A stretch of 32,000 nucleotides of DNA from the NCBI RefSeq assembly GCF_005696695.1, contig NZ_CP040006.1, positions 810,001 to 842,000 on the forward strand, given 5' to 3'. Under the pieces are notes generated by a model that worked only from the letters and a program-made list of their open reading frames with translations, made no database searches and had not been told where the DNA came from. The translations under genes were made by a program, and so were the position numbers. The DNA comes from Schaalia odontolytica (lineage in GTDB: Bacteria; Actinomycetota; Actinomycetes; Actinomycetales; Actinomycetaceae). Positions 26,294 through 32,000 of the stretch are shown in pieces (positions within the stretch are counted from its first letter, which is position 1; every line of letters begins with the position of its first letter).

Positions 26294-28267
26294 ATGGCGG
26301 GTCTGATTCGTAAGGACGACATCGAAGCGGTACGTAACGCAGTGAAGATCGACGAGATCATCGGCGAACACGTAGCGCTGCGACCCGCGGGCATCGGCTC
26401 CCTCAAGGGCCTGTGTCCCTTCCACGACGAGCGCACTCCCTCCTTCAACGTGCGCCCTCACCTGGGCATGTTCCACTGCTTCGGATGCGGTGAGAGCGGC
26501 GACGTCATCTCTTTCGTGCAAAAGATCGACCACCTGCCTTTCACTGAGGCGGTCGAGATGCTGGCGGCGAAGGCCGGGATCACCCTCCACTACGAAGAGG
26601 GCGGGGCGCGCGTGCGCACCGAGGAGCCGGGCAAGCGTCAGCGCCTCCTGGACGCCCACCGCGTCGCCGAAGAGTTCTACCAGCAGCAGCTGGCTTCCCC
26701 CGAGGCGCATAAGGGCCGCACGTTCCTCGCCGAGCGCGGCTTTACCCAGGCGATGTGCGCGCATTTCGGGGTCGGCTACGCCCCGGCATCGTGGGATTCC
26801 CTGACGCGTCACCTGCGCTCCAAGGGCTTCACGGACCAGGAGATCCAGATTTCGGGCCTGGGTTCGCAGGGTAATCGCGGCGTGTACGACCGTTTCCGTG
26901 GGCGCCTCGTGTGGCCGATCCGCGACATCACGGGCGCGACGGTGGGTTTCGGCGCGCGTCGCCTGGACGACAGCGACAAGGAGTCGCCCAAGTACCTCAA
27001 CACCCCCGAGACGCCGATCTACAAGAAGTCGCAGCTCCTGTACGGCCTGGACCTGGCGAAGAAGACGATTGCGACGGAGCACAAGGTCGTCATCGTCGAG
27101 GGATACACGGACGTTATGGCCGCGCACGTCGCGGGCGTGACGAACGCCGTGGCCACGTGTGGCACCGCCTTTGGCTCTGAACACGTCAAGATCATTCGTC
27201 GCCTGCTGGGCGACCACGCGGATCCGGCCGCCGGCGTGCTGCTGTCCACGGGGCGCGCGCACGGCTCGGAGGTCATCTTCACCTTTGACGGCGACAGCGC
27301 CGGGCAGAAGGCCGCGCTGCGTGCCTACGGCGAGGACCAGAACTTCGCGGCCCAGACTTTTGTTGCGGTGGCGCCGGGCGGCCAGGACCCCTGCGACCTG
27401 CGTCTATCCCAGGGTGATCAGGCGATCGTCGACCTGGTGAACTCGCGTATCCCGCTCTTTGAGTTCGCGATCCGCTCGGTCCTGTCTCAGATGGACCTGC
27501 GCAGCGCCGAGGGCCGCGTGCAGGGCCTGCGCGCCTCGGCCGGCATCGTCGCGCACATCAAGGATCGCGCCCTGCGAGCCGAGTACACGCGCCAGTTGGC
27601 CGGGTGGCTCGGCATGGATATCCCCACGGTCGAGCAGGCGATCCGCGCGGCCGGCCGCGTCGAGGTCATCTCGCACGAGGCGCGCCCGGGCGAGATCGAG
27701 ATGGCGGGCGCGGGCCGCCCCGGCCCCACCACCCCCGAGCGCCGAGGCCCCGAGGACCCGGTGAGCCGCATCGAACGCCAGGCTCTCGAGGCCGTCCTCC
27801 AGCACCCGCTGTACGCCGTGGGCTCTGGCTTCGAGGAGCTTGACGGGCAGTCCTTCACGGTGCCCACGCACCGTGCCGTCCACGACGCGATCCGCGCGGT
27901 CGGAGGCCTCGACGCCTTCACGCAGATGATGCGCCAGGCCGAGGCCCACTTCGGCCCGGGCGAGAACGCCACGCTTGCGGCCTCGCGCCACTTCGTCCAG
28001 GTGGTCCTGGAGACTGCCGGCGAGTTCATTGGCCCCGCCGTCACCCAGCTGGCCGTCGCGCCCCTGCCCGTCGCGGGCGAGGCCGACGTGCGCTCGTACT
28101 GCCGCGGCGTGGTGGCCGCGATGGTGCGCATGGACCTGACTCGCAAGCTCGGCGAGGCCCGCGCTGCCCTGTCGCGCTTGAGCGAGGACGACCCCACGTA
28201 CTCCGAGACCTTCCGGGAGCTCATGCGCCTGGAGCAACGCCGGCAAAACTACACCGAAAGGGACTAA
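26294..28267 (+). CDS. dnaG: DNA primase
   Basis: Zinc-finger region [13 protein letters not shown]...CFGCG, TOPRIM region ([21 protein letters not shown]) and a C-terminal helicase-interaction region. Confidence 0.94.
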   Translation: MAGLIRKDDIEAVRNAVKIDEIIGEHVALRPAGIGSLKGLCPFHDERTPSFNVRPHLGMFHCFGCGESGDVISFVQKIDHLPFTEAVEMLAAKAGITLHYEEGGARVRTEEPGKRQRLLDAHRVAEEFYQQQLASPEAHKGRTFLAERGFTQAMCAHFGVGYAPASWDSLTRHLRSKGFTDQEIQISGLGSQGNRGVYDRFRGRLVWPIRDITGATVGFGARRLDDSDKESPKYLNTPETPIYKKSQLLYGLDLAKKTIATEHKVVIVEGYTDVMAAHVAGVTNAVATCGTAFGSEHVKIIRRLLGDHADPAAGVLLSTGRAHGSEVIFTFDGDSAGQKAALRAYGEDQNFAAQTFVAVAPGGQDPCDLRLSQGDQAIVDLVNSRIPLFEFAIRSVLSQMDLRSAEGRVQGLRASAGIVAHIKDRALRAEYTRQLAGWLGMDIPTVEQAIRAAGRVEVISHEARPGEIEMAGAGRPGPTTPERRGPEDPVSRIERQALEAVLQHPLYAVGSGFEELDGQSFTVPTHRAVHDAIRAVGGLDAFTQMMRQAEAHFGPGENATLAASRHFVQVVLETAGEFIGPAVTQLAVAPLPVAGEADVRSYCRGVVAAMVRMDLTRKLGEARAALSRLSEDDPTYSETFRELMRLEQRRQNYTERD

Positions 28268-28270
28268 CCG

Positions 28271-28750
28271 ATGGCTGAAGTTGAGAGCTTTACCCTGGAC
28301 CACACCGCAGTGAAGGCACCCTACGTGCGCCTCATTAACGTGGAGGCCGGCCCGAAGGGCGACCAGATTTCGAACTTTGACGTGCGCCTCCTCCAGCCCA
28401 ACGCCGGGGAGATCCCGACCTCGGGCCTGCACACGATCGAGCACCTGCTCGCCTCCCTGCTGCGCGACCGCATCGATGGCGTCATCGACTGCTCGCCGTT
28501 CGGCTGCCGCACGGGCTTCCACCTGATCATGTGGGGCACCCCCTCGGTGCGTGAGGTGACGCAGGCGCTGGCCTCCTCCCTGCACGCGATTGCCGAGGAC
28601 GTCACCTGGGAGGACGTGCCCGGCACCGACGCGTACTCGTGCGGCAACTACCGCGACCACTCGCTCTTCAGCGCCCGCGAGTGGAGCCGCGCGATCCTCG
28701 AGCAGGGCTTCTCCCTCGACGCCTTCGAGCGTGTCGACGTCATCCACTGA
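28271..28750 (+). CDS. luxS: S-ribosylhomocysteine lyase
   Basis: HTIEHL metal site, SPFGCRTGF, 159 aa. GAAAGGGA RBS lies inside the dnaG 3' end. There is a 3-nt gap after the dnaG stop. Confidence 0.92.
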   Translation: MAEVESFTLDHTAVKAPYVRLINVEAGPKGDQISNFDVRLLQPNAGEIPTSGLHTIEHLLASLLRDRIDGVIDCSPFGCRTGFHLIMWGTPSVREVTQALASSLHAIAEDVTWEDVPGTDAYSCGNYRDHSLFSAREWSRAILEQGFSLDAFERVDVIH

Positions 28751-28778
28751 TTCTGGGCGTTCGCCTGGATACGGAAGC

Positions 28779-28805
28779 GGGACCCATCCGGTGAGGATGG
28801 GTCCC
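28779..28805 (+). terminator. Hairpin after luxS
   Basis: GGGACCCATCC-ggtga-GGATGGGTCCC followed by GTTGT. Confidence 0.65.
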
Positions 28806-28854
28806 GTTGTCGTCGCAGGACACGTTGGCGAGGGGGAGCGTGCCCCGAGGGGGA

Positions 28855-28884
28855 GCCCCGGCCTCGTTTCAGTCGAGACCGACC
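28855..28884 (-). terminator. Hairpin spanning the stop of the hypothetical gene; conserved-hairpin family copy E (one arm inside the CDS, degenerate)
   Basis: The plus strand reads GCCCCGGCCTCG-tttcagt-CGAGACCGACC. On the minus-strand RNA this gives about 9 bp including two G-U pairs. Confidence 0.45.
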
Positions 28885-29366
28885 GCGTCGCGCACGCGGG
28901 CCTCCAGGGCGTCCGCCTCGCGCTGCCCGTCAGCGTCCAGCGGCCCGTCGGCCGTCAGCACCGAGAAGAGTCCGTCCTCGCCGCGGCGGACCCACGCCGT
29001 CACCGTCGTCCCGTTGCCGACCTCCACCTGAGAGTGCAGGACGATCGAGTGGTTCACGAACTCGCTCGTATGACGCATGAAGTCCTCCGGATCACCCTTC
29101 CCGCGCCCCGCCAGGGCCGGGCGGGCCGGATCCACCCACTCCAGGGCGAAAAGCGAGCCCTCGGCCTCCCAGCGCGCACGCGCCACGTCGTACCAGGGAA
29201 ACACCTCGGGGGTAGGCTCCCCCTCGCCGGACGAGGCCTCGGCACTGAACACGTACAGGCCCGACTTCGCGGCCACCATCCAGCGCCCGTCCTCGAGCTC
29301 CAGGCCGGGGGAGCGGCGCTCGCGGGAGGGTAGGGCGGAGGCAAGGGCGTCAGGCAGAGTCGTCAT
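28869..29366 (-). CDS. Hypothetical protein (165 aa)
   Basis: High-GC3 coding signal. I trimmed the start to ATG 29366 (MTTLPDAL...). TACGAT (rc 29373-29378) ends 6 nt upstream and there is no SD. I recognise no family. Confidence 0.6.
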   Translation of the reverse strand: MTTLPDALASALPSRERRSPGLELEDGRWMVAAKSGLYVFSAEASSGEGEPTPEVFPWYDVARARWEAEGSLFALEWVDPARPALAGRGKGDPEDFMRHTSEFVNHSIVLHSQVEVGNGTTVTAWVRRGEDGLFSVLTADGPLDADGQREADALEARVRDAVGLD

Positions 29367-29564
29367 GCGTTGATCGTATCCTTTCGGGCCGGTGTATGCG
29401 GTGACAGGTCGCAGGAATCGGGACTGCGATGGGTGAGGTGTGACGGGGTGAGAACGTCCACAGGGGGCGGGGGAGTGGGTCACATGCCGAAATCAATCGG
29501 CCACAATACGGACGGCGGGCATATTCTGGCCTCATATTTGTGAAAAACCACGACAGGAGACCTC

Positions 29565-30713
29565 ATGGCATCGACGCAGCACACCCCCACGGAACTTGAG
29601 GCTGCCGGCGACCTGGTACTTCCCGCCGCCGACGAGCTGGCCGGTCGTTTCCCCCTGACCCCCAACGCTCACCCGGCGACGCCGGAAGAGTACAACGAGA
29701 TCATGTCGACCCTGGCCTTCGGCAAGAAGTTCACGGATCACATGGCCCACATGCGCTGGACCCGCGAAGGCGGCTGGGATGACCGCGGCGTCATCCCCTA
29801 CGGCCCGCTCGAGCTGACCCCCGGAGCCTCCGTCTTCCACTATTGCCAGTCCGTGTTCGAGGGCATCAAGGCCTACAAGCGCGAGGACGGCTCCGTGTGG
29901 ACCTTCCGTCCCGGCTACAACGCCGCGCGCCTGAACCATTCGGCCCGCCGCCTGGCCCTGCCTGAGTTGAGCCGCGAGGACTTTGTGGCCTCCCTCGTGG
30001 ACTATGTGCGCGCGGACGTCAAGTGGGTTCCCGATGTCGATGGTTCGTCGCTCTACCTGCGTCCCTTCATGTTCGCCTCCGAGGAGTTCGTGGGCGTCCA
30101 CCCCGCCGGCGTCGTCGACTACTACGTCATCGGCTCTCCGTCGGGTCCCTACTTCAAGGGCGGCCTGTCGGGCGTGGCCATCTGGGTGGAGCGCGAGTAT
30201 CATCGCGCCGGCCCCGGCGGCACCGGCAGTGCCAAGGCGGGCGGCAACTATGCGGCCTCCCTGCTGCCCCAGATCCAGGCCGAGGCCAAGGGCTTCTCCC
30301 AGGTCTGCTTCCTGGACACCTACGAGGGCAAGTACCTCGAGGAGCTGGGCGGCATGAACATGTTCGTCGTCATGGCTGATGGAACCATCCGCACCCCCGA
30401 GCTCACCGGCGTCATCCTCGAGGGCGGCACGCGCAGCGCGATTCTGCGCATGCTGCGCGACCAGGGCGTGGACGTTCGCGAGGAGAAGATCGCCCTGTCC
30501 GAGGTCGTGGACGGCATCCGCTCGGGCGCGGTCGCCGAGGTCTTCGCGTGCGGCACTGCCGCCGTGGTCACCCCGATCACGCGCCTGGCTGGCGACGACT
30601 TCGATGTGGAGATCGAGGTGGGGGACAGGACCCGCGAGATCCACAAGCGTCTCACCGACATCCAGTGGGGCCGCGCCGAGGATCCCTACGGCTGGACGTA
30701 CCGCCTGGTCTGA
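29565..30713 (+). CDS. ilvE: Branched-chain amino acid aminotransferase (fold type IV)
   Basis: FEGIKAY, YLRPF, a class IV signature region around GGxxNxF and GTAAVV(T)PI. AGGAGA RBS. Confidence 0.92.
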   Translation: MASTQHTPTELEAAGDLVLPAADELAGRFPLTPNAHPATPEEYNEIMSTLAFGKKFTDHMAHMRWTREGGWDDRGVIPYGPLELTPGASVFHYCQSVFEGIKAYKREDGSVWTFRPGYNAARLNHSARRLALPELSREDFVASLVDYVRADVKWVPDVDGSSLYLRPFMFASEEFVGVHPAGVVDYYVIGSPSGPYFKGGLSGVAIWVEREYHRAGPGGTGSAKAGGNYAASLLPQIQAEAKGFSQVCFLDTYEGKYLEELGGMNMFVVMADGTIRTPELTGVILEGGTRSAILRMLRDQGVDVREEKIALSEVVDGIRSGAVAEVFACGTAAVVTPITRLAGDDFDVEIEVGDRTREIHKRLTDIQWGRAEDPYGWTYRLV

Positions 30714-30730
30714 GCGCGATCGCTTGAGGG

Positions 30731-30766
30731 AGCCACGGCCTCGTCGATTGATACGAGGCCGTGGCT
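30731..30766. terminator. Bidirectional hairpin between convergent ilvE and LysR gene; conserved-hairpin family copy F (variant)
   Basis: AGCCACGGCCTCGT-cgattgat-ACGAGGCCGTGGCT followed by TCTTTAT. Confidence 0.75.
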
Positions 30767-30797
30767 TCTTTATGTGGTCGCGATGCAAAATTGGTCG

Positions 30798-31703
30798 TTA
30801 CCGGTCAGTTCGCGCGATGACGTCCAGGAAGTCCCGTATGTGAGGGGGCGGAGTCGTCCCGGCCCAGATGGCGGTGAGCGGGCGGGTGATCTGGAGATTG
30901 TTGATCCGAACTCGCACGAGTCGGCCGGCGCGGGCGTCCTCGGACACGGCGAGGGAGCTCAACGCGCCGGGGGCTATGCCGGCCATAATCGCGCTGCGAA
31001 CGCCGAGCGTGGTCGTCAGCACGGCTGCGGGCTCGGCTGCGAGGGGAAAGCCCGCCTCGGTGAGGGCGTCCTCGAGCGCTTGTCGGGTGCCGCTGCCGGT
31101 CTCGCGGAGCACCAACCCAGTGCCCGCCAGTTCACGGACGGACACCCGGCGGGTCTTCGCCCATCGGTGACCGTGCTGCACAACGACTTCGATGGTGTCG
31201 TAAGCGACGGTGACCGACCGGAGGCCGGCGGGAATGACAGGGGTCTCGACGAGCCCGAGGTCTGCGGTTCCCTCGCGTATGGCCTCGACGACCGTGCTGC
31301 TGTTGGCGGCTGTGAGTTGAACGACCGGGCCGTCATTGCCGTGAGAGATGCGCCACCGGGCGATCCAATCCGGTAGGAGGTGTTCTGCGATCGTGAGGCT
31401 CGCGGCGATGCGCATCATCTTCCCGCGATCCGTGCGGAGCGAGTTGACAGCATCCGAGAACTCGTCGGCCGCTGTCAGCAGCGTTGTTCCCCAGCCAACA
31501 ACCAGCTCGCCTGTCGGAGTCAGTCGGGAGCCCCGTGCGGAACGCACCAGCAGTCGCATGCGCAGATCTTTTTCCAGGTTCCGGATGCGCAGAGATATCG
31601 CCTGCTGACTCACGCCCAACTGCGCGCTTGCCGCCGACATGCTGCCTTCCTTCGCGACGAGCGCCAAGACTCGCAGTGCCTCCAAGTCCGGCTCGTAGTG
31701 CAT
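30798..31703 (-). CDS. LysR-family transcriptional regulator (YeiE-like context)
   Basis: HTH LVAKEGSMSAASAQLGVSQQAISLRIRNLE. I trimmed the start to ATG 31703, which has GGGAGG 6 nt upstream. Divergent from a YeiH-family gene. Confidence 0.85.
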   Translation of the reverse strand: MHYEPDLEALRVLALVAKEGSMSAASAQLGVSQQAISLRIRNLEKDLRMRLLVRSARGSRLTPTGELVVGWGTTLLTAADEFSDAVNSLRTDRGKMMRIAASLTIAEHLLPDWIARWRISHGNDGPVVQLTAANSSTVVEAIREGTADLGLVETPVIPAGLRSVTVAYDTIEVVVQHGHRWAKTRRVSVRELAGTGLVLRETGSGTRQALEDALTEAGFPLAAEPAAVLTTTLGVRSAIMAGIAPGALSSLAVSEDARAGRLVRVRINNLQITRPLTAIWAGTTPPPHIRDFLDVIARTDR

Positions 31704-31791
31704 CTTCCGCCTCCCAGCCACAAGCATAACTTGTATAGCGGACCGTATCTGCCTCTACTCGCGCAAGCGAGTCCCAGGAAACAATGGATGC

Positions 31792-32000
31792 ATGACACAG
31801 ACACAGAACATTGCGACTGCCCGACCGGAACACACGCTGCTTGCCCGAGTCCGCGCGCTCCTGCCCGGGCTTGTCCTCTGCCTGGCCGCGGCCGGAGCAT
31901 CGTACGGGGTCAGCCTGCTGCTGCCGGGAGTCAGCCCGCTCATTATCGCGATCGTGCTTGGCGTACTCCTGGCCAACGTCGTCCGGCTGCCAGCAGCGGC
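31792..32000 (+). CDS. Partial CDS (N-terminus): YeiH/UPF0324-family membrane protein (putative sulfate-exporter family)
   Basis: Absent from the track because it is open at the window end. My translation is MTQTQNIATARPEHTLLARVRALLPGLVLCLAAAGASYGVSLLLPGVSPLIIAIVLGVLLANVV..., which resembles the YeiH N-terminus (PGL...LAI.LG..L.N). The divergent LysR pairing is typical of yeiE-yeiH. Confidence 0.6.
   Translation, partial: MTQTQNIATARPEHTLLARVRALLPGLVLCLAAAGASYGVSLLLPGVSPLIIAIVLGVLLANVVRLPAA

Noticed and set aside
31704-31791. LysR T-N11-A box in the LysR / YeiH-family divergent region (for example ATAGCGGACCGTAT near 31734-31747).
   Set aside because: The dyad symmetry is poor (4 of 7 pairs), so I cannot distinguish it from chance by eye.

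Overview
High-GC (~65-70%) actinobacterial chromosome segment; the gene content (luxS, type I aroD, PTS EIIBCA, LctP, LXG-like protein) suggests an Actinomyces/Schaalia-like organism, which is inference only. I support about 31 CDS, and most are core housekeeping or transport genes. In order: a partial LXG-like gene and a small helical partner; lctP; leuA; two tandem TetR paralogs; recO-uppS; a DedA-like protein; a znuA-znuC-znuB-zur operon; a LacI regulator divergent from malEFG (no ATPase gene in the cluster); a GntR(YtrA-like)/ABC ATPase/unclassified membrane protein trio; glyQS; dus; aroD; an orphan PTS EIIBCA; dgt-dnaG-luxS; a hypothetical; ilvE; and a LysR regulator divergent from a partial YeiH-family gene. 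I found no rRNA, tRNA, CRISPR array, IS or transposase, or integrase. I do not see a complete, clearly novel multi-gene system inside this window. The four most interesting signals are these. (1) At the left edge there is a low-GC, translationally coupled pair that looks like a type VII secretion LXG-toxin module, truncated by the window. (2) A sequence-conserved, REP-like family of terminator hairpins (core CCCCGGCCTCGT / ACGAGGCCGGGG) recurs after at least six unrelated genes. (3) Two near-identical copies of that hairpin bracket the GntR/ABC/membrane cassette, which has a sharp GC drop inside the ATPase gene. (4) Six genes have a -10-like hexamer 6-7 nt upstream of the start codon and no Shine-Dalgarno, which suggests leaderless transcripts. 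The many long ORFs antisense to real genes are high-GC artefacts. Several track ORFs carry spurious N-terminal extensions, and I trimmed them using RBS or -10 evidence.
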